39,250 nt of DNA, taken from positions 1 to 39,250 of the IMG/VR virus record IMGVR_UViG_3300020044_010916; one strand, given 5' to 3'. Of this stretch, positions 17,027 through 26,996 are shown one piece after another. The notes under the pieces were generated by a model. The model was not told the DNA's origin. It searched no databases and saw only the letters and a program-made list of their open reading frames with translations. Both the position numbers and the translations under genes were made by a program. This DNA comes from a virus (Duplodnaviria; Caudoviricetes). Numbering within the stretch: position 1 is the first letter of the stretch; every line of letters starts with the position of its first letter.

Positions 17027-18661
17027 TTACTTTCTCACGCTTGATTGTGGGCGCATAGACTTTCTTGGAGCCGGGGCAGGAGGTGGGGCTCCTTGGCCTG
17101 GCCCTACTCCCTGAGTCTGGATGTATTGCGGAAATGCTCCACCCTGCGGCGCGGGTTGTGCGGGCTGATTCCATTGGGGCACTGGGGCACTGAATGGATC
17201 AAAAGTGCCCGTATCGCGCATTTGACCGCTTCCATTTGCATAGGGAGTAAACCCAATGGCTTGAAGGCTATTGCGCACGCCTTCGGAATCTGCATGTGCA
17301 GAGAGCCTCTTGTTAGCCTGCGCGCGAATGCGGCTAATCCCTTTGGAAATAGCCGACCTCACGGTCGTTTGATTGCCTACACTCCATCCTTCCCGCACCT
17401 GTTGAGCGAGACCTTTTTCGCCTGCTTGTTCCAAGTAATCGGCAATTTTGTCCCGGTCATTTTCAGCGGCTGCGCTGTCCCACATTGGCCCAGAGTCCGA
17501 TTTATAGGTCTGCTCCATGACTTGCAAATCACCAATGATGTTTTGATACGTATTCGCTTCTGCCAACGCTTGCCGCCTGTTTTCCACCTTCGCGGCATAC
17601 TCTGGATCTTGTTTCTTTAATTCGTTCTGCAAGAATGCAGACTGTTGGTCATTCATTCTGTTTTTGTGTTGTGCTTCTGCGACCTCCTCAGGAGTATAAT
17701 CCTTCAGTTTCGCAACAGAACGAGGGTCTTGAGAACGCAGGATCATACCTATATCTGTAAGGCGTGCTTGCTTAAACTTCCCAGTATAATCGAGTTTGTC
17801 ATTTTTATTTCTGAGTTCTTGGCCTTCGTTGGACACGTATTGTCCAGCGATTTGGCTCTGAATTAGCTTCCTATTGAGCGGGGCATTGGCGATGGCCTCT
17901 TTGAGCTGCTGCTCTTTAAGGGTCAGCTCTGCGGTCCTTTGTTTAGAATCTGTGACCCGAAGCTCTGCCTCAGTGCGCATTATCCAGCTTTTAATGCTTT
18001 CCCCCTTCCGCGCTCCGGCGAGCCCTGCGGCCTCCGCGCTCGACTGCTGAAAATTCATTTCAGCGCGTCTCTCCTCCTCGGTTAGCTGCGCAAGGGCGGC
18101 TTCCGACTTGGCTTTGTCATTCAGAGTTTCTTGGTACGTTATTTGTTGCTTGGCTTTGGTTCCTGCATTGTCAGCCTCGACTTCGGCAACCTTCGCGCCC
18201 GCTTCCGCACCTCTAACGCCTGCCTCTTCTCTCCGTTCTGCAAACTTCGCCCCAACTTCGGCAGTTTTGAGGTTCGCCTTATTGAGGTCCAACCCAACTT
18301 GGCGCTCTTGTTCGCCATAGCCTTCGTTCATTCTATTCTCAAACTGCTTGCCTCGGATTTGCTCCTCGGAAAGCTTACGCTGGACAGCACTATCACGACC
18401 CCTTTGATAGCCCTCAACGGCCCCGGAAATCATGCGACCTTGCTCACGGCCCGCTTCCTTGATGTTTTCTTGTTCCGTCGCTGCCCGTTGTTCCTTTTGT
18501 CTCAGCTCAATATCTCGGTTATCCCGAATGTTTTCTTTGAGCATCGCCCCGGCGTTTTCTTCAGCAAGGGGCACATCATCATAGAGTCGTCTCTGTTGCT
18601 GCAGGGGCAGGGGTCTCCTCTGCTCTTCGCTCAGGTAATACGGGTTTGCTCTCATTCCCAT
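17027..18661 (-). CDS. Putative DNA ejection protein, coiled coil
   Basis: 544 aa Q/E/A/R-rich, helical; downstream of the nozzle-like gene. Confidence 0.6.
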   Translation of the reverse strand: MGMRANPYYLSEEQRRPLPLQQQRRLYDDVPLAEENAGAMLKENIRDNRDIELRQKEQRAATEQENIKEAGREQGRMISGAVEGYQRGRDSAVQRKLSEEQIRGKQFENRMNEGYGEQERQVGLDLNKANLKTAEVGAKFAERREEAGVRGAEAGAKVAEVEADNAGTKAKQQITYQETLNDKAKSEAALAQLTEEERRAEMNFQQSSAEAAGLAGARKGESIKSWIMRTEAELRVTDSKQRTAELTLKEQQLKEAIANAPLNRKLIQSQIAGQYVSNEGQELRNKNDKLDYTGKFKQARLTDIGMILRSQDPRSVAKLKDYTPEEVAEAQHKNRMNDQQSAFLQNELKKQDPEYAAKVENRRQALAEANTYQNIIGDLQVMEQTYKSDSGPMWDSAAAENDRDKIADYLEQAGEKGLAQQVREGWSVGNQTTVRSAISKGISRIRAQANKRLSAHADSEGVRNSLQAIGFTPYANGSGQMRDTGTFDPFSAPVPQWNQPAQPAPQGGAFPQYIQTQGVGPGQGAPPPAPAPRKSMRPQSSVRK

Positions 18662-18878
18662 TTTTGAAGTCCTTTATGAGCCAATCCCTGGCCCAAATGT
18701 TGGAGATTACGATAAATTGTCCCTGTGTTGTCTCTAAAACCATCCTTGGATTTATTGGCACATGGGCAAGCTTTCCTGCTTGTTTTACTTCGATATGCGT
18801 CTCGTAAAAGTGATTTGTTACCTTGTAAAACGTGTACCCAAACCAAAATTTACGCTTAATTCCAATTGTATATTCCAT
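18579..18878 (-). CDS. Hypothetical protein
   Basis: MEYTIGIKRKFWFG... with GAGGA SD. Confidence 0.6.
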   Translation of the reverse strand: MEYTIGIKRKFWFGYTFYKVTNHFYETHIEVKQAGKLAHVPINPRMVLETTQGQFIVISNIWARDWLIKDFKNGNESKPVLPERRAEETPAPAATETTL

Positions 18879-18885
18879 AAATTCC

Positions 18886-19326
18886 TCATGCCAGGAGCGC
18901 ATCATTTGGCTCTAGATATTGAGCCCAATAGGATTCAACAGTAGATGCCAGCACTCCGGTTATTGTTACTGCACTGTGATTCATCCCGTGCAGTATGAGG
19001 TATCCCGGCCATTTTTCAACACCCTTAACCCTGTAGGTGGCAGATATCGCGGTTGAGCCATTGGTGTCGTTTCCGGCTATCGTAACAGTCACCTCGCCCA
19101 CCACTTTCAAAAAGAGGAAGTGCGAGACGTTGATAAGCACAGAGGGCCGTTTTAGGCTGCGAGACTCAGCAACGCTGATGATTGAGGTGTCTGCGCTGAA
19201 CTCCGTAAGGTTCAAAACATTATCAATTCCGAGCCCAATGGAGCCCGATGCCACATAAGGAAAATCGGATTGCTTTGTTTCTTTAACCACAAAAAGCGGG
19301 CTGATAAAATTCGTAAAATATCCCAT
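18886..19326 (-). CDS. Small beta-rich structural protein, paralog B
   Basis: 146 aa; TAATG coupled. Confidence 0.65.
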   Translation of the reverse strand: MGYFTNFISPLFVVKETKQSDFPYVASGSIGLGIDNVLNLTEFSADTSIISVAESRSLKRPSVLINVSHFLFLKVVGEVTVTIAGNDTNGSTAISATYRVKGVEKWPGYLILHGMNHSAVTITGVLASTVESYWAQYLEPNDALLA

Positions 19327-19775
19327 TACACCACGTCCTGAAAGTTAGAGTCCTCGGTGATATCCGGTAGCGTAAGTAATTCATAATAGAGATATTGCGT
19401 TGTCGCTGCGGTATTAACCACAGTTAAAGCGGTAAACCTATCAGCGCACACCATGATTCCGGGTCGTACTGAACTCCCATAAATCAAGGATTTCTGCGTT
19501 GAACCTTGTCCTGATATAGTGGCTTCTACTCGCATTGTGGCCTCGGTTCTGAAATACACATGCAGATAACGGGCATTCGTGTAGTCCGAAGGAAGAGGCA
19601 GGGTGTAGGTCGCACCTGTGGCGATAGCCACGTATCCCTTGGTCATCTCGGTAACGCCGATTTCGATGTAGGGATATCCTGAGGGCTTTATTTCAACCAA
19701 CGCCTGAGGCTTTGATTTGAGACTTGTCACAGTCCCATTGACTATTCGTGAGAAGATTTGACGATAAAAGTACAT
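19326..19775 (-). CDS. Small beta-rich structural protein, paralog A
   Basis: 149 aa; TAATG coupled. Confidence 0.65.
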   Translation of the reverse strand: MYFYRQIFSRIVNGTVTSLKSKPQALVEIKPSGYPYIEIGVTEMTKGYVAIATGATYTLPLPSDYTNARYLHVYFRTEATMRVEATISGQGSTQKSLIYGSSVRPGIMVCADRFTALTVVNTAATTQYLYYELLTLPDITEDSNFQDVV

Positions 19776-21250
19776 TATGCTGGCCTCATGTGTTGGGCGA
19801 CACCCTTTTTAGCGATATCGTCATATGCGGGATTTGTACTACCACCGGCGGCCGTCCCTGCTGCATTCCCTACTGCGCCGCCTGCTGCTGCTCCTGCGGG
19901 ACCGCCGTAGATACCTCCAATAACGCTTCCCGCTGCACTAGCCACGGCTGTATTCGTTGCATTATCTGCGGCTTTTCCAGCTTCCACCTTGCCGAGCGTC
20001 GCATAGCCATCTTGGCGCATGTTTTGCGCCACACCATTGGATTGAGCCATATCTGCATCGTCAAAGCCCTTCTGGGTATTGGCATCTTGCGTGTTAAAGT
20101 TCTGTGTTTCGTTATAATCAGAGGTACTATTCGTCATATCCTGATTAAAATCTTCCGAGTTATTCCCGTAGGCCCTGGATGTATCGGCTTGCTTCATGCC
20201 CCTATCCGTGCTCATCACGGATTGCACGTTGTTATTTCGTGTGGATTCCTCGGTGGCGGATGAATTGCGAATATCGCCGGTATATCCTGCTTGCTCCCCG
20301 CGCATTCCTTGGGCTTGGGAGTTGAAGCTATTTCCTGCGTTTTGGTAATTATTGACGCTGTTATCGTAGGCCATATTGGCGGCCACGCCCCTATCATACT
20401 GACGCGAGGACTCATCAAATCCCCTGTTAATCCCTTCGTCTTCTAGGGATTGAGAGCGTTGCAGAGCGTTGTTATATGCGCTTCCCGCTTGTCGGTTGTT
20501 GGCGGCCTGCACGTTTTGGAGCTGCGAGCCCGTCATTGGCCCGCCTGCGTTGCCCGTTGCCTGCGCCCCGAGAGCTGCAAGCATCCCGTAGTCTGCAAGG
20601 CCTTGCCGACGTGCTCCAGCGCCTCTTTCGTCGTACAGGCTTCTCACGCCTTTATGGACGGAGTTATTAACGTCTCCGGCCTCTTTCAGGCTCATGGCGC
20701 TAGATGCATCCTGCTTCCTGGCATCCATCTGGGACTTCAAACGAGGATTGATCTCAGTATCGTAATCCTTGCGTAGCCGGTCCTCATCCCCTGCTGAACG
20801 GCTCTTGAGGTCTGAAAGTTCTTTTCTGAAATTACCTTCATTCTTTGAGACGTTTTCCGTGTTTTTGTTGGCTTCTCCGGTGAATTTATCGAGATAATCC
20901 TTGTCATCTGCTCTCGCCCTGTCGTCGATGGTGCTTCGGGTTTTGCGATAGTCCCCCGTCCTGGCATCCCGTGTTGAACGGTACTTTTCGGATTGAGAGT
21001 TGCGGTTGGTCTTGTAATCCCCCGCGTCCTTCTTCATTTTCTCGCTGATACGCGTATAGTCAGATTCCTGCCTGGATTTCGCCTCTGCTACTTTTGCTTC
21101 ACCTTCTTCCTTCTCGCGCTTGGCTTTATCCTTTTTATACTGCACATCATCGTAGAGTGCTTTGACAGGATTTAAGGCCTTGCCGATTGCATTCTCTCCA
21201 TTAACTGTCTCTTTAACTGCTTTTTTTGCCTTATCCCACCATGTAGCCAT
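19775..21250 (-). CDS. Putative DNA ejection / pilot protein
   Basis: 491 aa hydrophilic helical with C-terminal GSVIGGIYGGPAGAAAGGAVG zipper; directly after the nozzle-like gene. Confidence 0.65.
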   Translation of the reverse strand: MATWWDKAKKAVKETVNGENAIGKALNPVKALYDDVQYKKDKAKREKEEGEAKVAEAKSRQESDYTRISEKMKKDAGDYKTNRNSQSEKYRSTRDARTGDYRKTRSTIDDRARADDKDYLDKFTGEANKNTENVSKNEGNFRKELSDLKSRSAGDEDRLRKDYDTEINPRLKSQMDARKQDASSAMSLKEAGDVNNSVHKGVRSLYDERGAGARRQGLADYGMLAALGAQATGNAGGPMTGSQLQNVQAANNRQAGSAYNNALQRSQSLEDEGINRGFDESSRQYDRGVAANMAYDNSVNNYQNAGNSFNSQAQGMRGEQAGYTGDIRNSSATEESTRNNNVQSVMSTDRGMKQADTSRAYGNNSEDFNQDMTNSTSDYNETQNFNTQDANTQKGFDDADMAQSNGVAQNMRQDGYATLGKVEAGKAADNATNTAVASAAGSVIGGIYGGPAGAAAGGAVGNAAGTAAGGSTNPAYDDIAKKGVAQHMRPA

Positions 21251-21255
21251 GCCTT

Positions 21256-24200
21256 TTATTCCTCATATTGCTTTAAATTGCCTAAATCGCCGGGCATGCA
21301 CTCAAACGCTAAAGAGACGAGTTGCCAGCTCCCCCCAATGTGAGAGCCTGAGATTTTAAATCTCATCGCCTGCCCTTGGGTTGCGCCATACTGATTTTTA
21401 AGCGCCAGAACCCGTTGGCTGTACCCGGTGCTTCCTTGATTGTCTGTCAAGGTAACAGTGTTCGCCAAGAGAGTGGCAGACAGGTTACTCGCGTAAGAGA
21501 ATGTCGTCGTTTGGGCGCTAGCAGACGAGAGGAGGTCGACTTTGAACAAGAGATGGCCCTTGAGCCACAAAAACCAGGATTTAAGCCCAGCGGGTGCCCA
21601 CAAACGGGATTGGAGCACATAGGTGATGCCGTTATTGCCTTGATGGTACATCGGGATCATGTTGGGCTGTACCGTGATACTCGTTGCCGAGCTAGAATCT
21701 GCGAGCGAAACACTGGCTGCGGTAAAATTAGGTAACACGGTAGTTCTTGACACCACGTCAATATAATATTTGCCTTCTGTCCCGTCTAAACCTGTTCCGT
21801 TGACAACATAAATTCCATCAATTGAGGTTGTCCCAAGGGGGTTTCCGGACCCCTGGTAAGCCAATGACTGGCAAATTGCGATCTTATCAAGAGCTGCGAT
21901 GCCAACGATGGCTGCGGCTCCGTAGCCTGCGGGCAGATAGAGACGGTAGATACTATTCCCTTGTGAGGCACATTTATAGAGGAATAAATCCTTGCCAGGA
22001 TACATATCTCCCGTTTTATTTAGCGAGTCGAAGTAGAAGAGAGTCGAGCTGGCGTCGGCTGCGGCTTGTCGGATTGCCACCAATGTTCGCTTGTCTCCGA
22101 GCTTATTTGTACCGGAATCGGCGCTAGAATCTTCTCGTTGTAAATCGCGTGCCCAATCCACCACAAACGGAAAATAAAGATTATAAAAACGGCCTTTATC
22201 AACATGATAAGCCAGTGCCCACGTAGTATTTGCATTAACCGTTGCCTCATCTTTAACATAAAACCAGATAATTTCTCTGGATGATTCATTAAAAATGCAG
22301 TGTATCCTGTCAACATATTGATGTGCATAAAGCGTCAAAATATCGGGTTCTAAATCCTTGGAAATCTTTTCAGGAGTCTGCACCCCATTATCGCGGTAGA
22401 TCCCCTTCGGTCCCCAAAAATAAAGAATTCCATTGGCAACTACCGCTGCCCTTCCTGAAAATGCCGTCGCATTATACCGGAAGCTCACCTCGAAATCAGA
22501 GCCGTCTAGCTCATAGGCGGCTGTGCTCCCATCGGACAACGAAACAGGCACTTCGACCCCATAGCCTGCGCCCTTCATCACTCCGCCGTAGTATTGCTGC
22601 GCCCCAAAGATGCAAAGACGCGAAGTTTGATAACTCTCTCCATCGAATTGATGGATAATCATCCCATTGAATTTGTTCTCGGGTATGCTTACATTGTTAT
22701 ATATTGAGTAGGCAAAAGGGTTTCTCTTGCGGGAAAAGACCAGGTTGTTTGCTGAGAGCCAAAACGCCCTTTCTTGAAAGACTTTTACTTCTGTGTACTC
22801 GTCATTGGGCAACGGGCTGTAGTCATTGAATCCCCCCGGCTCACCGCCTGGAAGCCCCCCGATTGGTGCAGCGCATGCCCAAATGATGTCGTGATTGGGG
22901 TCTCCAAAGAACCGTGCGGCATCCATATAGAGAGCTGGGAACCATGTTTTTTGTCCAATTTCTCGGTAATAAAAGCGCAATTCCAATTGATTTAAGGCAA
23001 GCATTCCAAACTTATTTGAGAAGTCATTCCGATAGGTAAAATTCACAGGCAATCGAAAAGTATTGTTTGCGCCAAGGTAACAGTTTTGTTCGGGCACAGT
23101 GGGACCACCAAGCTGCCGAAAGAGGGAGATAGCGACGAAATCAGCGGTCCCCACGCGAAATTTGACGGGAGCCCCTACATTGGTTTCCGTGCTCGTGGTC
23201 TTATCAAACCATGCAAAGGTCAATTCGTAGTCCCTGTTGGCTCTTAGAAGCCCACTTCCCGCTGCTCCCAACGTAATTTGTGTGCTTGCGGTTCGTGCAG
23301 TCGCTGCGCTGTTGGGTAACGCAGATCCATTAAAGCTTGGCCATGTGTAGAAAGACGTGGCTTTAGTCACCAAAAATTCTTCATAATCCGAAGAAGCCGT
23401 AGCTGGGTCATAGGTTCGAATGATGGGAGGTTCGAGAGAATTTACCGTCAAATCGAGGTATTGAAACATGCTTCTACCAAGGCCGGTGTACGCCCTTAAA
23501 TTCATCGTATCTTGCATCAAGAAGCACGTTGGTCTTTTTGCAGCGACGAAAATTGCTTTGTAGGCTGAATTTTGCGCGAGCAAATTGCACTCAATAAATG
23601 AGAACTTTATTGCTGTTCCAGCATAAGCAACACTACCATCCAAACGCCCGATTGTTGCTGTAGCTGTTGAAGTAAGGTTCATATCGGTTGTGGATTCACG
23701 CGCATTAAAGGTAGGAGTTGCAGCGGTTGAAGTCACTGTCTCTGTGTATTCCCTGCGCTCTTTAAGAGTAAAGCAATCGCCACTTGTCGCCTCAACAAGT
23801 GCATTCACGATGATTTTATTGACACCCGTTGGATAATCCAATGCAACCATGCTTGAAACAGGCCCAAAACACGTCAAGAAAGTTCCTGAACCACCGAGCG
23901 CATCAAGAAATCGCGAAAAGGTTGCATGTGCGATATTGTTATCGACACACTCGCCGATAACGCAAGAAACTGGATACAATTGACCCGAGAATGTGTAAGA
24001 GGCAATGTCCGCATTTGTTACGTTAGTTTCGCTTTTGTGAGCCTTTATAAGCCTTGGGTCTGAATGAACTTGTGAATCCGTTGAAAAACTCGTGTTATAT
24101 AGCCGTGCATATGTTGATTCGTCAGGGATAGACTGAAGATAGATCATCTTATCAAGCCCTGCTCCGGGCTCCCTGAAATACTCGCCAGCAACAGAAGATA

Positions 24201-24591
24201 TGCCTGTCGAGCACTCGATCCAAAATGTGGGTGTGCCTAAACGGTTCCGCTCTTTCGTGAAAATGTGGAAATAATACACAGAGGAGCCAATCTTTATAGG
24301 CACAATTCCAAGCGAATTTCTTTTGGTTTGGTTCGCCGGGAAAAGGTCCGTGAGCTGTCGTTCGCCGCCGTAGTGTTCTAGATATGTCGTCCCGTTGTCT
24401 TGCCTCTCGGCATATTGGCTGTGCATGTAGAGGGGTGTGATGCCATATCGTGGCCCGACTCCCTGCACGCGGTTCATCGAGACATTGTAACTGCTAAAAG
24501 AAAGTAACGGCTCCCTGGTAAAATCGCGTGAATATGCGTCTAAACCTGCTTCAAAATTCTCATCTTCAAATCGAATTAATTCATTAAACAT
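21256..24591 (-). CDS. Tail nozzle / tubular protein B-like (packaged-DNA stabilisation)
   Basis: 1111 aa; VFQERAFW, VVANGILYFWGPKGIY, PEKISKDLE and C-terminal GQAMRFKI propeller-type motifs. Confidence 0.75.
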   Translation of the reverse strand: MFNELIRFEDENFEAGLDAYSRDFTREPLLSFSSYNVSMNRVQGVGPRYGITPLYMHSQYAERQDNGTTYLEHYGGERQLTDLFPANQTKRNSLGIVPIKIGSSVYYFHIFTKERNRLGTPTFWIECSTGISSVAGEYFREPGAGLDKMIYLQSIPDESTYARLYNTSFSTDSQVHSDPRLIKAHKSETNVTNADIASYTFSGQLYPVSCVIGECVDNNIAHATFSRFLDALGGSGTFLTCFGPVSSMVALDYPTGVNKIIVNALVEATSGDCFTLKERREYTETVTSTAATPTFNARESTTDMNLTSTATATIGRLDGSVAYAGTAIKFSFIECNLLAQNSAYKAIFVAAKRPTCFLMQDTMNLRAYTGLGRSMFQYLDLTVNSLEPPIIRTYDPATASSDYEEFLVTKATSFYTWPSFNGSALPNSAATARTASTQITLGAAGSGLLRANRDYELTFAWFDKTTSTETNVGAPVKFRVGTADFVAISLFRQLGGPTVPEQNCYLGANNTFRLPVNFTYRNDFSNKFGMLALNQLELRFYYREIGQKTWFPALYMDAARFFGDPNHDIIWACAAPIGGLPGGEPGGFNDYSPLPNDEYTEVKVFQERAFWLSANNLVFSRKRNPFAYSIYNNVSIPENKFNGMIIHQFDGESYQTSRLCIFGAQQYYGGVMKGAGYGVEVPVSLSDGSTAAYELDGSDFEVSFRYNATAFSGRAAVVANGILYFWGPKGIYRDNGVQTPEKISKDLEPDILTLYAHQYVDRIHCIFNESSREIIWFYVKDEATVNANTTWALAYHVDKGRFYNLYFPFVVDWARDLQREDSSADSGTNKLGDKRTLVAIRQAAADASSTLFYFDSLNKTGDMYPGKDLFLYKCASQGNSIYRLYLPAGYGAAAIVGIAALDKIAICQSLAYQGSGNPLGTTSIDGIYVVNGTGLDGTEGKYYIDVVSRTTVLPNFTAASVSLADSSSATSITVQPNMIPMYHQGNNGITYVLQSRLWAPAGLKSWFLWLKGHLLFKVDLLSSASAQTTTFSYASNLSATLLANTVTLTDNQGSTGYSQRVLALKNQYGATQGQAMRFKISGSHIGGSWQLVSLAFECMPGDLGNLKQYEE

Positions 24592-24691
24592 AAAACCCCT
24601 CGCGTTGGAATGAGGGGATTATAGGGGCATTTGTGGGGATTTCGTGAGCTTTGGGAAACTTGACAGGCAAAGCGAAAAGGCAGAAAAAGAA

Positions 24692-24731
24692 ATGCCCCGT
24701 AGAGTTGAACTTTTACATTCCTACGGGGCAT
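24692..24731 (+). promoter_or_regulatory. Leader hairpin upstream of the antirepressor-like gene
   Basis: Perfect 11-bp stem ATGCCCCGTAG/CTACGGGGCAT, downstream of TTGACA at 24660-24665. Confidence 0.6.
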
Positions 24732-24828
24732 CTGACAGAACAACCGATTCGAACAGAGCGACTAGATTCCGAAAAGAGTTTCACCTAATTTCGAGAGAAC
24801 GTCCCAATGAAAGAGAGGGTCACGCTAA

Positions 24829-25521
24829 ATGAAACAGATACAGACTGCCCCGCACTTCGTCAAGCCCTACCCACAAGCTGCCTTGGGTGGTGAGCTTGGA
24901 CTCACTCTGACCGATATCGCCCAAAGCCTTGGAGCCGAGGTGTTCAACGTCCGAAAGAAGTTTCTCGCCCGAGGGATGAGTGAAAGACTCGAAAGGCTGT
25001 CCTTGACCGCCATTCCAATTGGAATGGCCAACAAATCCAACGGATTGGAAGTCACGGAATACGTTCTGCCTGTTGAAGCAGCAAAGTTCTTTATCGCTCG
25101 CTGGGATAGCGAGCTTGGGGACGGCTACCTGCGGATGCTGATTGAATATGAGCGCATCGTACTGGAAGAGATGCCAAAGCTCATTCGCGCCCTTCAAGAA
25201 CAAAAAGCTGTCATCATCAAGCTTAAAGCCAATGCTATGCAGCTCCCCCGTCGCAAACCCGGCCCCAAAAAGGGCAATGTTCCAGTTTTCATGTTGGAAG
25301 ACAGCCTCTTTCAGCGATTTGATGACGAAGTACATATCCCGACAAAGGTAAAAAAGGTCTTTGTGCCACGCTCAGAACTCACGCAAAAAGAAATCCTTGC
25401 GAACGAAAATATTTCGATGAATTACTGTATTGACGGGATGATGAGGAAGATAATTAAAAATCAGGCTTTGATAATGTACTATGAGCAGCCTGCGCATGTA
25501 CGCTTAAAACCGGCAAAATAA
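24829..25521 (+). CDS. AntA/AntB- or Rha-like antirepressor
   Basis: LTLTDIAQSLG...NGLEVTEYVLPVEAAKFFIARWDSELGDGYLRMLIEYE pattern. Confidence 0.65.
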   Translation: MKQIQTAPHFVKPYPQAALGGELGLTLTDIAQSLGAEVFNVRKKFLARGMSERLERLSLTAIPIGMANKSNGLEVTEYVLPVEAAKFFIARWDSELGDGYLRMLIEYERIVLEEMPKLIRALQEQKAVIIKLKANAMQLPRRKPGPKKGNVPVFMLEDSLFQRFDDEVHIPTKVKKVFVPRSELTQKEILANENISMNYCIDGMMRKIIKNQALIMYYEQPAHVRLKPAK

Positions 25522-25523
25522 AA

Positions 25524-25576
25524 CCAGGGAATCATTTCCCTGGCCCCCGTACACAGTTAGCTGATACTGTGGACGC
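25524..25576. terminator. Two hairpins between convergent genes
   Basis: CCAGGGA-ATCATT-TCCCTGG and CGTACACAGT...ACTGTGGACG. Confidence 0.5.
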
Positions 25577-25605
25577 CGCCACCATATCTAGCCGATTATT
25601 CAATG

Positions 25606-25854
25606 TCAACGCCGCCATTTAGTTCGAGCCTTCGGAACGATCCCCGTCGCGTTAATTTCTTCGAGAAGCAACAGAAGTTTGTGACGCCATCCTGGCTGTG
25701 GGCAACGGTCCCCACGTCGCCATGCATGGATGGATTCTTGGGATGTTTTAATCTCGCCCGCAATCGTCACAGCATCCATGCCGTACTTGTTTACTAGCTC
25801 ATTAATCACGTCCTGCGTTAGCAGGATTTCAGACCTTCGGTACTCATCATCCAT
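25606..25854 (-). CDS. Cro/CI-type HTH protein
   Basis: MDAVTIAGEIKTSQESIHAWRRGDRCPQ. Confidence 0.7.
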   Translation of the reverse strand: MDDEYRRSEILLTQDVINELVNKYGMDAVTIAGEIKTSQESIHAWRRGDRCPQPGWRHKLLLLLEEINATGIVPKARTKWRR

Positions 25855-26098
25855 TCGCGACCTTTTTTTGCGCTACGGGCTTAAAATCGCCTCTGTCGCC
25901 CACTGGCCCTTTGCACGAGGTAACAACCCATCCCATATCATACAGCGAGCGTTGCTCTGCAACGGCAATGGCTTTGGCTTCGGCTGCCTCTCGGGTCGGG
26001 GCGATTTTTGCCTGCACGCGTACCGTGATTTTAGGGTCTCCACTTTTCGGGGTCGTAGCATGCAATTGCACGATGTAAACTAATTCATTTCCAGACAT
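25847..26098 (-). CDS. Hypothetical protein
   Basis: 83 aa, in operon. Confidence 0.6.
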   Translation of the reverse strand: MSGNELVYIVQLHATTPKSGDPKITVRVQAKIAPTREAAEAKAIAVAEQRSLYDMGWVVTSCKGPVGDRGDFKPVAQKKVANG

Positions 26099-26400
26099 TG
26101 ATTAACCTTATCATCAAACAATTTTGGTGACTTTGACATGGGGCTTATACGCATGACAGGCTTCTTTTGTCGCCCCTCTGCCTTCCAAATAGTATCTTTA
26201 GGGTCGTAAGGAAATGCGCCGCGCTCAAGGGTCCTGCATTCAATTTTAATCGCACCTTTGCTATACAAATGCATAACAATTTTTGTGATTTTAATCTTAC
26301 TGATACGCATTTCACGGGTGATATTATCCAGAGATGTTTCTGGAAACTCAAAGATGAATTGCGCAACTTGATAAATCAGGTTCGAATTGATTGCGGCCAT
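26080..26400 (-). CDS. Winged-helix-like protein
   Basis: TSLDNITREMRISKIKITKIVMHLYSKGAIK. Confidence 0.55.
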   Translation of the reverse strand: MAAINSNLIYQVAQFIFEFPETSLDNITREMRISKIKITKIVMHLYSKGAIKIECRTLERGAFPYDPKDTIWKAEGRQKKPVMRISPMSKSPKLFDDKVNQCLEMN

Positions 26401-26403
26401 ATC

Positions 26404-26760
26404 TCACGCCTGTTGCTTTGGGGCAAGGAGAGCGTTGACAATGCGCCCCTTGATCAATTCGATCTCGCCAAGAATCGGTCCAAAGCCAGCAGAGCCATTC
26501 GAGTAAGCGTGTGCAGCTTGAGGATTAGGCCCTACAGAGACGATTGCAAGTCCTGTTACTTCATCTAGCTGTACTTTTCGTATCATTTCTTGCAAGGCTT
26601 GAATGGTCTTTGCTTTGTGTTCGTCGATTGGCTTTTCCTGCTTTGATTGCAGAGCAGCAGCGATTTTCTTGTCCATAATGGCAGAGAATTTCTCAATGAT
26701 ACTTGGAGCCGCTGGCCCTTCGGTGACTTCTAAATCATCGTACACTAAATCATCGTACAT
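26404..26760 (-). CDS. Small alpha-beta-beta-alpha phage protein
   Basis: AGGAG SD before MYDDL; EVTGLAIV...ILGEIELIK. Confidence 0.65.
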   Translation of the reverse strand: MYDDLVYDDLEVTEGPAAPSIIEKFSAIMDKKIAAALQSKQEKPIDEHKAKTIQALQEMIRKVQLDEVTGLAIVSVGPNPQAAHAYSNGSAGFGPILGEIELIKGRIVNALLAPKQQA

Positions 26761-26761
26761 A

Positions 26762-26989
26762 TTAAATCTCCTTATTGTGTTCTTGTTGTCCTTGCAAATG
26801 AGAAACAAGTTCCGTTTTAATTTTCTCTAATTGCGCGATAAGCTGGCATATTTGCAGATAATGGCCATTCCCATCAATTGAAGCTCTAACAATTGAGTGA
26901 TGTATGCCTTCTTTATCTGCGCAAATAAAGGCAACAAATTTGATATCGGTATCTTCTGCTAGTTTCTCCATGTACTCTTTGCCAGTCAT
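26762..26989 (-). CDS. Small alpha-beta-beta-alpha phage protein, likely paralog of 26404..26760
   Basis: DIKFVAFI...LIAQLEKIK; GAGG SD. Confidence 0.65.
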   Translation of the reverse strand: MTGKEYMEKLAEDTDIKFVAFICADKEGIHHSIVRASIDGNGHYLQICQLIAQLEKIKTELVSHLQGQQEHNKEI

Positions 26990-26996
26990 TAGCCCC

